Assembly: GCA_035403085.1 (NCBI GenBank)
Contig: DAONEM010000002.1
Span: 10,876 to 74,875, forward strand
Source: Candidatus Aminicenantes bacterium
GTDB lineage: Bacteria; Acidobacteriota; Aminicenantia; JAMOAD01
Length of the DNA stretch: 64,000 nt
Direction of reading: 5' to 3'
Shown here: positions 44,673 through 53,869 of the stretch, piece by piece
Position numbering within the stretch: the first letter of the stretch is position 1
Layout: the number at the start of each line of letters is the position of its first letter
The notes under the pieces: model-generated
What the model was told of the DNA's origin: nothing
Databases searched by the model: none
Seen by the model: the letters and a program-made list of their open reading frames with translations, nothing else
Position numbers and translations under genes: made by a program

Positions 44673-45610
44673 CTTTTCCGGGAAACGAAGAGGATCCCTC
44701 CGATGGCCCCCAGGATGATGTTGAAGAGGAGGTCGACGAAGGAGAAGGCCAACGCCGGGGCGTAGGGGTTCCCCAGGGCGGGGAAGCTCTTGAGAATCTC
44801 AACCATGCTCAGCTCCCGCAGACCGATTCCGTTGATGGAGACCGGAAGGACGAGAACCACCAGAACGATGGGCATGAAGAGGAAGTAGGGGGCCAGGGGA
44901 AGAGCGATTCCCACGGCTCTTCCTATGAAGTAGTAGTGGACGATGACGTTGAACTGAAGGAGGAGGGAGAAGAGGGTGACCAAGGCCATCTTTCGGGGGA
45001 AGACCCAGAGGGAGGAGACGACTCCGGCCACGGTCTCCGCGGTCGAACGGAGCTTCTTGGGGAGGGGGAGCCCTCTGAGGAGGAGGGGAAAGAGGGGAGA
45101 GAGGGCCAAGGAGGCGCAAAGGAGTCCTCCCGCTCCCAGGAGGAGTCCGGTCAGAGCCAGGGGGGAGGGGGAAGAGCCCAGGAGGGGGAAGGAGGCCAGG
45201 AGGGCGAAGAGGAAGAGAACCGCCAGCCCGTTGATCCTCTCCGCTGCGACGATGGCGAAGGAACGGGTCGTCGAAGCGGCGGCTTCCCGGGTGTCCATGA
45301 CCCGGGCGATGTCTCCGCCGAAGCGGGTTGGGAGAAAGAGGTTGAAGAATCCCCCCACCAGGTACGATCCAACCAGGTAGTTCGTGGAGGGGGTCTTCGC
45401 CTCCTCCTGGCACTGGATGAGGACCTTCCAGCGAAGCGCGCTCAGGTAGAGGCCGAAGAGGTGAAGGGAGAAGGAGAGGAAGAGGAGCCCGGGGTTGGCC
45501 TTGCTCAGAACCTTCCAGAGGCTCCCCAGGTCGACCTTGAAGAGGAGAAGGTAGAGGATGACGCCGAGGCTGAAGAGAATCTTGAGGGTGAGGATGAGGC
45601 CCTTCTTCAC
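44669..45610 (-). CDS. Second UPF0104 / LPG-synthase-TM (flippase-like) family membrane protein
   Basis: Polytopic, about 8 TM. Paralogous architecture to the 36161-37201 protein. Confidence 0.6.
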   Translation of the reverse strand: MKKGLILTLKILFSLGVILYLLLFKVDLGSLWKVLSKANPGLLFLSFSLHLFGLYLSALRWKVLIQCQEEAKTPSTNYLVGSYLVGGFFNLFLPTRFGGDIARVMDTREAAASTTRSFAIVAAERINGLAVLFLFALLASFPLLGSSPSPLALTGLLLGAGGLLCASLALSPLFPLLLRGLPLPKKLRSTAETVAGVVSSLWVFPRKMALVTLFSLLLQFNVIVHYYFIGRAVGIALPLAPYFLFMPIVLVVLVLPVSINGIGLRELSMVEILKSFPALGNPYAPALAFSFVDLLFNIILGAIGGILFVSRKR

Positions 45611-46308
45611 TCTCCGCTCCCGGCTTCGGCTACGATGGAGAGGAAAGCCCTTTCAGGGTCTTCGGCCTGGACGATGGGACGGCCGATCACTGCGTAGGAG
45701 GCTCCGTTTTCGAGGGCCTCCCGGAAGGAGAGGGTCCGTTTCTGATCGTCCGGAGGGGCCGAGGCGGAACGAATCCCCGGGGTGACGTAGAGCAGGCTGT
45801 CGCCGAACCGTTGTCTGAGGGGCTTCAACTCCAGGGGGGAGGAGACGATTCCGTCCACGCCGGCCTCGGTTCCGATCTGCGCGAGTTTCAGGACCTGATC
45901 GGCTACGGAGGTTGTGATTCCGATCCGCTCAAGGTTTGAGGAGTTGAAAGAGGTGAGGACGGAGACGCCCAGGATGCGGCACTCGGGCCTGGTCTCCTTG
46001 ATCTTTTCGACGACCCGCTTGATGTGGTCAGGGCCGGCGGAGAGGTGAACGGTGAAGAAGTCCGCCCCCAGCGCGGCGAGAGACCCTGCGGCTTCGGCCA
46101 TGGTGTTGGGGATGTCGAAGAGCTTGAAATCGAGGAAGACCTTCTTCCCCATCCTTTTCAGAGTCTCAATTCCCCGGGGTCCTATCCGAAGGAAGAGGGG
46201 AAAGCCGATCTTGAAGTGGGTGGCCGATGGAAGGCTCTTGACCAGGGGCTCAAAACGGTTTTCGTCGACATCCAGGGCGACGAAGATTCTTTCGCTGAGG
46301 GTCTTCAT
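45607..46308 (-). CDS. pyrF: Orotidine-5'-phosphate decarboxylase
   Basis: FVALDV...FKIG, FLDFKLFDIPNT, DGIVSS. ATG 46308 has an AAGGAGA RBS. Confidence 0.85.
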   Translation of the reverse strand: MKTLSERIFVALDVDENRFEPLVKSLPSATHFKIGFPLFLRIGPRGIETLKRMGKKVFLDFKLFDIPNTMAEAAGSLAALGADFFTVHLSAGPDHIKRVVEKIKETRPECRILGVSVLTSFNSSNLERIGITTSVADQVLKLAQIGTEAGVDGIVSSPLELKPLRQRFGDSLLYVTPGIRSASAPPDDQKRTLSFREALENGASYAVIGRPIVQAEDPERAFLSIVAEAGSGE

Positions 46309-47102
46309 GGAACAATCTCCTTGTTTTTGATCTGCTCGCAAAGGAGAAGGAGCCTACGGAAAGACTCTCTCTCCTTCGGGTCCTTGAGAGAATCGGCCTC
46401 TTGAAAGGCCTGGGATCGGTCTCCCCGAGCGAGGGGGCCGCTGATGGAGCCGCTCTCCAGAAACCCTTGTAGGGATTGGAGGGAGAGGGTTTTGAAAATC
46501 TCCAGAGCCTCCTCCGGGAAGAGTTCGTTCAGGAGGCGTCGGCCCCATTCCATCAGGTAGAAGGGGTAGTTGGAGATGAGCGTGAGGGAGGCGTGGTAGA
46601 GGGCCTTCTTTTCGGGAGGGAGAAAAAGGTAACGGTCCTGGAGGGGAGACCAGAGGCTCTTCCACTCCTCCAAGGCCTCATCGCTTCCCTCCCAGGCCCA
46701 GAGGAGGGGCGTCTCCCCGGTGTCCATGAAGCGGCGGGGAAAGGAGAAGAGGGGATGGGCGGCCAGGGTTCTTCCCCCTTTTTCCTTCAGGGGCGTCAGA
46801 ACCGCGCTGGGGAGAAGCCCGGAGAGGGTGACCACGGTTCTTCCCCGCCAGGAGAAGGATGAGAGACGGTCGACGGCGCCGGGGATCTCCCGGTCCGGAA
46901 GGGCGAGAAGAAGGAGGGGGGCCGAAGCGAAAGAGGAGTTCCACTCCGTGGTGCTCTCGAGGCCGTAGAGCCCGATCTCCTGGTCCAGGCGTCGGGTGAG
47001 GAGAAGGGGGGAGCGGCCCACACCCTTCCAACGGAGGGCGAGAGAGGAGGCCGCTCTCCCGGAGCCCCAGATCACCACTGGCGGCTGAAGAGTCTCTGCC
47101 AT
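46305..47102 (-). CDS. Rossmann-like / DUF2520-type protein (predicted NADP oxidoreductase-like)
   Basis: N-terminal VVIWGSGRAASSLA dinucleotide-binding-like motif, C-terminal ISGPLARGD region. Confidence 0.5.
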   Translation of the reverse strand: MAETLQPPVVIWGSGRAASSLALRWKGVGRSPLLLTRRLDQEIGLYGLESTTEWNSSFASAPLLLLALPDREIPGAVDRLSSFSWRGRTVVTLSGLLPSAVLTPLKEKGGRTLAAHPLFSFPRRFMDTGETPLLWAWEGSDEALEEWKSLWSPLQDRYLFLPPEKKALYHASLTLISNYPFYLMEWGRRLLNELFPEEALEIFKTLSLQSLQGFLESGSISGPLARGDRSQAFQEADSLKDPKERESFRRLLLLCEQIKNKEIVP

Positions 47103-47530
47103 TGCAGGAGGTCTCTCTCCGAGAGAGGGGGTTCCGGTTTGGCGTCGACGAGGGCGCCCCTCTCGAAACGGAGCAGTTGGTCAAAGAAGGAGCGGGGGGA
47201 GAGGACCGAAACCTTGCGGCCTCGGGCGTAGTTGATCAGCTCCCGGTCTGCCGAGACCAGGAGAGTCTCGCCCCAGTTCCGGGAGGATTCGAGGGTTTCC
47301 AGGATGAGCTCATCCGCTTCCCTCTCCTGAGAGAAGAAGAGCTCCAGATCCGAGGCCAGGGGGAAGAGATCGTACTCCTTCGGGCCGTCGAAGAAGAGGA
47401 GGATTCGGCATCCCTTCGTCCGGGCGAAGCGGGAGAGGCTCGAAACGAGACGGGAGCGGGTTTCAGGATCCCCTCTGCGGCGGTGGAGGACCACCCCCAG
47501 CAAGTTGTTCCCGTCGATCAGGTAAGGCAT
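47072..47530 (-). CDS. NYN-domain (YacP/Rae1-like PIN-fold) predicted ribonuclease
   Basis: MPYLIDGNNLLG...LLFFDG... acidic residues in the NYN pattern. Confidence 0.65.
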   Translation of the reverse strand: MPYLIDGNNLLGVVLHRRRGDPETRSRLVSSLSRFARTKGCRILLFFDGPKEYDLFPLASDLELFFSQEREADELILETLESSRNWGETLLVSADRELINYARGRKVSVLSPRSFFDQLLRFERGALVDAKPEPPLSERDLLQWQRLFSRQW

Positions 47531-47533
47531 CCG

Positions 47534-49585
47534 TCAGAAGTCCCTCTGGATTCCCAGAACCAGGGAGATCCCCGGAAAGGTTGTCAAGACTCCCCCGTCC
47601 AGGAGGCTTCTGTCCAGAGGAGGCCTCTTGTCCAGCAGGTTCTTGGCCCCGAGCCAGAGTGTCCAACCGTCCAGGTCGAAGAGGACCCTTCCGGCCAGGT
47701 AGTCGAGGCTTTCCCCTTTGGGCTTCGTCGGCAGGAGAGTCCACCCACTGCCTCCTTCGGTATCGAAAGAGAGGAAGCGGAGGGAAGGGAGGTGAACGAA
47801 GAGGGCCTCGAAGCTCCAGGGGCCTTCAGGCGTGAAGAGGGCGTGGAGGGTGAGCTTCACCCCGTTCCCGAAGGTTAGGTCCTGCCGCTCCTGAAAGAGG
47901 CTCTCCAGGGAGGAGTCGAGGTAGACGAGGGAGCGGCTGACGCCTCCCCCCAGAGGGGAGTCGAAGAGGTTGGAGAGGTTCCCCTCGCTCTTCATCCAGG
48001 AGAGGCCCCCTTCCAGGGCGACCCTTTCATCCTTCCAGAGAGCGCCTACGTGGAGGCCCGTGAAGAGGTTCTCCGGAGAGGAGAAGCTCTTCACCTTTCC
48101 GATCTCTCCGATGGTCAGAACGTTGCCAGCTTCCCCGTTTGCCGAGTCGGAGCCGAGGTCCATGCGATCCCAGAATCCCTTCTCCTTGCCGAACTCGAAG
48201 GCCGCCGAGAGGGTCAGGCCTCCGGAGCTCTTCCAACCGGTCAGGGAGAGAGAGGAGCGGGAGGTGTAGGCGTTCCCCTCGCCGAGGGCGTAGGGTCTGG
48301 AGGCTTCCGTGAAGGACTCCTTCCAGCCGGAGCCGGAGGGGATGAGAATCGTCATGGGGAAGATCTTGTTCGTCAGAGGTCCCAGCTGTAGAAGGTTGAG
48401 GGGACGCGGCGTGATGGAGACTCCCAGGGAGAGGCCGGCGGTTTCGGTCTTGTACCCTCCCTTGAGGGAGAGTTCCGGAGCCGTGGAACTCAGGGAAGAG
48501 GCGAACCCTTCTCCGTTGTAGGAGAACCTGTGGGCGGCAAGGAGGAGGGAGAGAGAGGGCCCCTCTTCGTTCAGGGTCGAAAGGGAGAACCCCGGGTTGA
48601 GGTCGCTCTTGTTCAGGTCGAAGTCGTAGCCGTAACCAAGGACTTTGATGCTGTTGTCGTAGACGATCCCCAGGGGGTTGTAGCCGTAGATCCGGTGCCC
48701 CTTGTCGTAGGCTAGGGAGAGGAAAGGGGTGAAAGAGAGCTCCCCGAGACGGCCCTCCCAGGAGAGAAGCCCCTTGAGGGAGACGAAGGAGCGGCTCTGG
48801 GGGAAGGGGTAGGATCCCTCCCAGGTTTGTGTCTGGGAATCGTAGCTGGAGGGGGTCGCCGTTTTTTGTGAAAGCTCCTCCTTCCCCGTGGAGAAGGAGA
48901 GACGGCTCTGGAAGGTTCCGGAATCGCTCTCCTTCTTCCAGAGGAGGGAACCGCCCAGGAAGGTCTTGGTCCTGTCAGGTTCCGAAGAGTCGGCCCAGGT
49001 TTCCGGAAGGGAGGAGTCGCTTCCGCTCCTTTCGGTGAGGGGGGTGGAGTCTTTTCGGTAAGAGAAGAAGATGTTGGCCTTCAGGTCTCCCTGGAGGTAG
49101 GAGAGAAGGAGGTCCCCCCGGTTTCCCAGGTGACTGTCCGGTGAGAGGGGGGAGGTGACTCCGTCGTGGCTGAGAACAGCCGATCCGGAGAGGGGGCCCG
49201 AGGTTCCCGAGAGGAGGAGGGAGTTGACCACCTCCTGCCGTTTTCCCCCCCTCAGGGAGAGGCCGTCCCGGAAGAAGGTGACCCTGTTGCCTGGTTTCCG
49301 GGCGGAGAGGTCGAAACCCTGACCCTGGCGGAGAGAGTCAGAGGAGAAGAGGAGAGGGGAGAGGGTGAGAAAGGTTCTCCCGTCTGAGGGGTCGGCGAAG
49401 GGGATCGATTCGAAGGAGAGAGAGTACCCGTTCTCATACCGGCTTGCGGAGAGGGAGAGGTAGTGGGAGAAGGGGAGAAGGAGGATCTCCTCATCCAGGG
49501 TCAGCCAGGGGGGGAGAGGCTCCTGGGCGGCGAGGCCGGGGAGTAAGAAGAGCGTCAGAAGAAGCAGGGTCAGTGTTTTTTTCAT
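47534..49585 (-). CDS. Large outer-membrane beta-barrel protein (TonB-dependent-receptor-like C-terminus, terminal Phe); no obvious plug/TonB box
   Basis: Signal peptide MKKTLTLLLLTLFLLPGLAAQ. Alternating amphipathic beta-strand pattern. C-terminus ...NLLDKRPP...LVLGIQRDF. The ORF track extends 34 codons upstream of this Met. Confidence 0.6.
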   Translation of the reverse strand: MKKTLTLLLLTLFLLPGLAAQEPLPPWLTLDEEILLLPFSHYLSLSASRYENGYSLSFESIPFADPSDGRTFLTLSPLLFSSDSLRQGQGFDLSARKPGNRVTFFRDGLSLRGGKRQEVVNSLLLSGTSGPLSGSAVLSHDGVTSPLSPDSHLGNRGDLLLSYLQGDLKANIFFSYRKDSTPLTERSGSDSSLPETWADSSEPDRTKTFLGGSLLWKKESDSGTFQSRLSFSTGKEELSQKTATPSSYDSQTQTWEGSYPFPQSRSFVSLKGLLSWEGRLGELSFTPFLSLAYDKGHRIYGYNPLGIVYDNSIKVLGYGYDFDLNKSDLNPGFSLSTLNEEGPSLSLLLAAHRFSYNGEGFASSLSSTAPELSLKGGYKTETAGLSLGVSITPRPLNLLQLGPLTNKIFPMTILIPSGSGWKESFTEASRPYALGEGNAYTSRSSLSLTGWKSSGGLTLSAAFEFGKEKGFWDRMDLGSDSANGEAGNVLTIGEIGKVKSFSSPENLFTGLHVGALWKDERVALEGGLSWMKSEGNLSNLFDSPLGGGVSRSLVYLDSSLESLFQERQDLTFGNGVKLTLHALFTPEGPWSFEALFVHLPSLRFLSFDTEGGSGWTLLPTKPKGESLDYLAGRVLFDLDGWTLWLGAKNLLDKRPPLDRSLLDGGVLTTFPGISLVLGIQRDF

Positions 49586-49667
49586 GAAGGTACCCTCAGA
49601 GTCGAAGTGGAAACACTTAAGTATACTGGATCTGGATGGTGGAGACAAGAAGAAGTCGGCTCCTCTC

Positions 49668-49696
49668 TTGACAAGGGGAGGCGCCATGGTTTAAAG
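49668..49696 (+). promoter_or_regulatory. Candidate sigma70 promoter for the J-domain gene (TTGACA-N17-TTAAAG)
   Basis: Lies upstream of the GGGGAG RBS and the ATG at 49740. Confidence 0.25.
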
Positions 49697-49739
49697 TCAC
49701 TCCAGGGTCACTCGAGAGGGTTTGCTTTAGGGGAGCAGG

Positions 49740-51110
49740 ATGGACTACCGGTATTTGGAGACCTTAGCTGAGATTTCCCGGGCAAAAGGGAGAGGAGAGC
49801 TCCTCGTCACAGGGGAGAAAAGCCGGAGAAGGCTCTTCTTCAAGGATGGGCGCCTCTGTTTCGCCACCAGCAACCTCGAGACGGAGCGGTTGGGGGAGGT
49901 TCTCTACGAGTTGGCCTTCATCTCGAAAGAGACCGGTTGGGAGCTGAAAAACTCGATCATCAAGCCCGACGGGAAGGAGAAGCTGGGAAAGATTCTGGTC
50001 AAGAAGGGAAAGCTGGCCCCGGAGAAGCTCTTTACGGCTTTGAAATATCAGATCCGCAAGATCGCCTTGGCCCCCTTTTCGGAGGAGAAACTCCAGTGGT
50101 TTTTCACGGAGGGGGACCCGGAGATTCCCACGGACAGCCATTTCGTTCTCTCCCTGGAGGAGCTCATCGAGGAGGGGATTGTCGGAGTCACTCTCAACCG
50201 GGAGTTTTTCCTGAGCCTCCAGGGGCAAATCAGCCGGGAGGCGCCTCCCGCCGAGGGCGATCCTCTCTTCGGCAGGGATATCCGCGCCCTCTGGGAGGCC
50301 ATGAACGTTCCCAAGGGAGGGGAGGAGCTGAGGGCGGCCTTTCCCTCCATGGAAGAGGGGACCTTCTGGAAGAACCTCTTCAGGATGAAGCTCTACGGGT
50401 GGGTTAAGGTTGAGGGGGGAGAGAAGGATTCCGAGGATGCGGCTTCGGCCCTCTCGGAGGACTTTCTTCAGGAGCTGGACGAGGCCTATGAGATCGTGAA
50501 GAGCCAGGTCTACTCAACCCTCCTTCCGGACAAGCTGAAGGGGGAGGAGAGAAAGAGGGAGTACCTGCGGCTGGTAAAGAAGTTTCACCCCGACAAGCTC
50601 CCTCCGGGAACGGACGAGGAGATCAAGAAGAGGAGCGAGGCCGTTCTGGACGGTATCAACAAGGCTTTTGAGAGGCCGCCGGGTTCCTCGGGTGAGGAGA
50701 ACAGGGATGACGATAACCCGGAGCTGATTCTCAAGCAGAGCCTCCAGAGGGCGAAGCTTCTCTACCGGGGCGAGAAGTACCTCGAAGTCATCGACCTTCT
50801 CCAATCGGTCCTTCGCTACAAAAACGATGACGGAGAGGCCCTCTTCCTGCTCGCCTTGGCGCAGTCCAAGGTGGAGGGGTTCAAGAAGAAGGCGGAGGGG
50901 ACCTTTCTCAAGCTCATCGAGGTGATGCCCTGGCACGCCGACGCTTACTACTACCTGATTCAGCTCTACGAGAGCGAAGGGATGGCGAGCCGGGCGGGTG
51001 GTTTGCTGGAGAAGAGCGTCTCCCTCTTTCCAAACAACAAGAAGCTCACAGACCTCCACGAGAAGCACTTTCCCCCCAAGAAGGGCCTCTTCGGTTTGTT
51101 CCGCAAGTAG
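49740..51110 (+). CDS. J-domain (DnaJ-like, HPD motif) protein with an uncharacterised N-terminal domain (DUF4388-like) and C-terminal TPR repeats
   Basis: YLRLVKKFHPDKLP J-domain signature. C-terminal TPR-like NDDGEALFLLALAQ..., ADAYYYLIQLYESEG. Confidence 0.6.
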   Translation: MDYRYLETLAEISRAKGRGELLVTGEKSRRRLFFKDGRLCFATSNLETERLGEVLYELAFISKETGWELKNSIIKPDGKEKLGKILVKKGKLAPEKLFTALKYQIRKIALAPFSEEKLQWFFTEGDPEIPTDSHFVLSLEELIEEGIVGVTLNREFFLSLQGQISREAPPAEGDPLFGRDIRALWEAMNVPKGGEELRAAFPSMEEGTFWKNLFRMKLYGWVKVEGGEKDSEDAASALSEDFLQELDEAYEIVKSQVYSTLLPDKLKGEERKREYLRLVKKFHPDKLPPGTDEEIKKRSEAVLDGINKAFERPPGSSGEENRDDDNPELILKQSLQRAKLLYRGEKYLEVIDLLQSVLRYKNDDGEALFLLALAQSKVEGFKKKAEGTFLKLIEVMPWHADAYYYLIQLYESEGMASRAGGLLEKSVSLFPNNKKLTDLHEKHFPPKKGLFGLFRK

Positions 51111-51114
51111 AGGC

Positions 51115-51720
51115 TTACAGGTCCCAGGGGTAGGGGTGGACGAGGAGGAAGCGCAGGAGAGCCTCTACGGCTCTTCCCCTGTGAGAGACGCGGTTCTTCG
51201 ACTCCCCTTCCGCTTGGGCGAAACTTTTCCTCAAGGGGTGGTAGTAGAAGAGGGGGTCGTATCCGAACCCCCCTTCCCCGGAAGGTTCCTCGAGAAGCCT
51301 TCCTCGAACTTCGCCGTGGAAGAGGGCGATTTTCCTCCCCTTCCAGGCCAAGGCCAGGGAGGTGCGGAAGAGGGCCTCTCGATCGGGGCCCTTGAGAGAG
51401 GAGGCCTTCTGTAAGAGAAGCAGGTTCCTCTCCTGAACGGTGGGGGCGATCCGGGCGGAGTGGACTCCTGGAAAGCCTCCGAGCCTTGGAACGAGCAGTC
51501 CCGAATCGTCGGCGACCACCGGTCCGGGAAAGAGACGGGAGTAGAAGAGGGCCTTCTTCCAGGCGTTGGCGGAGAAGGTCTTCCCGTCCTCTTCGACCAG
51601 GTACTCCTCCAGCCCCGCCTCCTTCAGGTCGATCAGGGTCAGGGGAAGGGAGGAGAGGAGGCGGCGAAATTCCTCGCCCTTACCGGGGTTGGAAGTGGCC
51701 AGAAGGAGAGGCTCTCTCAT
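51115..51720 (-). CDS. rdgB: Non-canonical purine NTP pyrophosphatase (RdgB/HAM1)
   Basis: LLLATSNPGKGEEFRRLL, FHGEVRGRL, GFGYDPLF. ATG 51720 overlaps the mgtC stop (ATGA). The ORF's first 205 codons are an extension. Confidence 0.85.
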   Translation of the reverse strand: MREPLLLATSNPGKGEEFRRLLSSLPLTLIDLKEAGLEEYLVEEDGKTFSANAWKKALFYSRLFPGPVVADDSGLLVPRLGGFPGVHSARIAPTVQERNLLLLQKASSLKGPDREALFRTSLALAWKGRKIALFHGEVRGRLLEEPSGEGGFGYDPLFYYHPLRKSFAQAEGESKNRVSHRGRAVEALLRFLLVHPYPWDL

Positions 51721-52367
51721 GGGTATTTGTTGAACTCGAACCCTTCGACCCCGTTCAGGGAGAGGGCCTTGCGGAAGAGCTCCTCCTCTTCGAAGTGCTT
51801 GGAACGGAACTCGATCGTCCAGGTGTAGTCGGTTCCCTCCTTCTTTTGGGAGAGCCGTTGCACGTGGGCGTTGGCGATCTGAAACTTGGAGAGGATCGTC
51901 TCGTTCTCCAGGGGATAAGTGGACCGGAGGGAGAGGGAGTAGAGAGTCTCCTTGGCCTCCATCTCGTCTTCGATCCTCTTGAAGACCGTCAGAACCAGGA
52001 GGATGAAGAGGGTGGAACCGGCGGAGAGGAGGTAGAAGCCGGCACCTATGGAGATTCCCAGGGCCGCGGTGACCCAGAGGGTCGCGGCGGTGGTGAGGCC
52101 GTGAACGCCTCCCCGGGACTGGAGAATCGTGCCTGCACCGAGAAAGCCGATTCCTGTGATGATGTTGGCGGCTAACCTGGCGGGGTCTCCGAGAATCTCT
52201 TGGCCGCTCTTCACCATCTCGTAGGAGACGATGGTGATGAGAGTGGAGCCGAAACAGATGAGAATCAGGGTTCTCATGCCGGCGGGTTTCCCCCTCCACC
52301 CTCTCTCGAGGCCGATAAGACCCCCTAAGACGCAAGACAGGATGAGCTTCAGGGCCATTTCTATCAT
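51717..52367 (-). CDS. mgtC: MgtC/SapB family membrane protein
   Basis: GLIGLERGWRGKPAGMRTLILICFGS, AAIWVTAALG-type motifs. C-terminal ACT-like domain. Confidence 0.8.
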   Translation of the reverse strand: MIEMALKLILSCVLGGLIGLERGWRGKPAGMRTLILICFGSTLITIVSYEMVKSGQEILGDPARLAANIITGIGFLGAGTILQSRGGVHGLTTAATLWVTAALGISIGAGFYLLSAGSTLFILLVLTVFKRIEDEMEAKETLYSLSLRSTYPLENETILSKFQIANAHVQRLSQKKEGTDYTWTIEFRSKHFEEEELFRKALSLNGVEGFEFNKYP

Positions 52368-53866
52368 TTCGCTCTCTCCCTCAAGATGTTCTTGGCGACT
52401 TTCCCCGTAGCGGTCCTAGGGAGTTCGTCGACGAAGTAGAGCCTTCTGGGAATCTTGAACTCCGCTAAGTTGTTGCGCAGGTAGGCGAAGACCTTGCGGT
52501 GATCGGGAACCTCTCCGCTCTTCAAGACCAAGAAGGCGACCGGGACCTCTCCGTGAAGGGGATGGGGAGTCCCGACCACCGCGGCCTCTCGGATCGAGGG
52601 GAGCCGGTAGAGCTCTTCCTCCACCTCCCGGGGGTAGACGTTGAGGCCGTTGATGATGATCATGTCTTTCTTGCGGTCGACGATGGTGAAGTACCCCTCC
52701 TCGTCGCGGGTCCCGATGTCGCCGGTGAGGTACCAGCCTCCCGGGAGGAAGCTCTCCCGGGTTGCCTTCTCGTTGTTGAAGTAACCGAGCATGACGGTCT
52801 CCCCCCGGACGGCGATCTCCCCCGGAGTGAGGGGGGGAAGCTCCTGACCCTTTTCGTCGACGATTCGCATCTCCACTCCCCGGATGGGAAGGCCGATGGT
52901 CCCCTTCTTGCGCTTTCCGCCCACCGGGTTAACGGAGGTGACCGGAGAACACTCGGTGGGGCCGTCCCCTTCGTAGACGGTGATCCCGTACTTTTCTTCG
53001 AAACGGTCGATCAGGTCGATCGGCAAGGGGGCGCCTCCGGCGATGCAGAAGCGGAGGGAAGAGGTGTCGTAGTGCTTCAGGGTCTCTTGCGGGAGGAGGG
53101 CCAGGCTTTGGAACATGGCGGGGACGGCGGAAAAGAGGGTGCACCCGTGCTCTTGAATCAGGGAGACGCTCTCTTCGGGGGTGAAGCGGGGGGCCAAGAC
53201 GAAGGAGGCGTTGACCCAGAGGGGGGCGAGCATCCCGACGGTCTGCCCGAAGGAGTGGAAGAGGGGAAGAACGGTCAGGAAGCGGTCGTCTTGGTTGATT
53301 TTCAGGGCCTCCGCGACTCCCTGAACGTCCGCCAGGAGGTTGCGGTGGGAGAGGACGGCTCCTTTGGGCTTCCCGGTCGTTCCCGAGGTGTAGAGGATGG
53401 CGGCGCTCTGACGGTGGGGATCGTCGACGGGACAAATCAAGGGAGGGGTCTCTCTCTCTCTGAGGGCCATCCACTCCGGAGTCTCCATCGTCCAGACCGA
53501 AAAGTCCTCCCGGAGCCGAAGCAAGTCGGACGCCTTCTTCTCGACGGACGGGTGGGTCAGAAGGAGGGAGCACTCCCCGTTGGTGGTGATATAGTTCACC
53601 TCGTTGGGGGTGAGAAGGGGGTTGATGGGAATGACGACGCCTCCCGCCTTGAGGATGGCGAAGTAAGAGACCACGAAGTCAGGGCAGTTGGGGGCGTAGA
53701 GGGCGACCTTTTCCCCGGGCCTAATTCTTTCGGCCAAAGCGTGGCCGAGGCTGTCGCTTCGGCTCCTGAGCCAGCCGTAGGAGTAGGGTGTGGAGCGGAA
53801 GAAGAAGGCGGGACGGTCTGGGGTGGAGGGAAAACGGGTGAGAAGTTCCGGCAGGGTGAAGGTCAA
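52364..53866 (-). CDS. AMP-dependent synthetase/ligase (long-chain fatty acid-CoA ligase-like)
   Basis: AMP-binding YTSGTTGKPKGAVLSHRNL, ...GYGxTE..., C-terminal lid. Confidence 0.8.
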   Translation of the reverse strand: MTFTLPELLTRFPSTPDRPAFFFRSTPYSYGWLRSRSDSLGHALAERIRPGEKVALYAPNCPDFVVSYFAILKAGGVVIPINPLLTPNEVNYITTNGECSLLLTHPSVEKKASDLLRLREDFSVWTMETPEWMALRERETPPLICPVDDPHRQSAAILYTSGTTGKPKGAVLSHRNLLADVQGVAEALKINQDDRFLTVLPLFHSFGQTVGMLAPLWVNASFVLAPRFTPEESVSLIQEHGCTLFSAVPAMFQSLALLPQETLKHYDTSSLRFCIAGGAPLPIDLIDRFEEKYGITVYEGDGPTECSPVTSVNPVGGKRKKGTIGLPIRGVEMRIVDEKGQELPPLTPGEIAVRGETVMLGYFNNEKATRESFLPGGWYLTGDIGTRDEEGYFTIVDRKKDMIIINGLNVYPREVEEELYRLPSIREAAVVGTPHPLHGEVPVAFLVLKSGEVPDHRKVFAYLRNNLAEFKIPRRLYFVDELPRTATGKVAKNILRERAK

Positions 53867-53869
53867 AGG

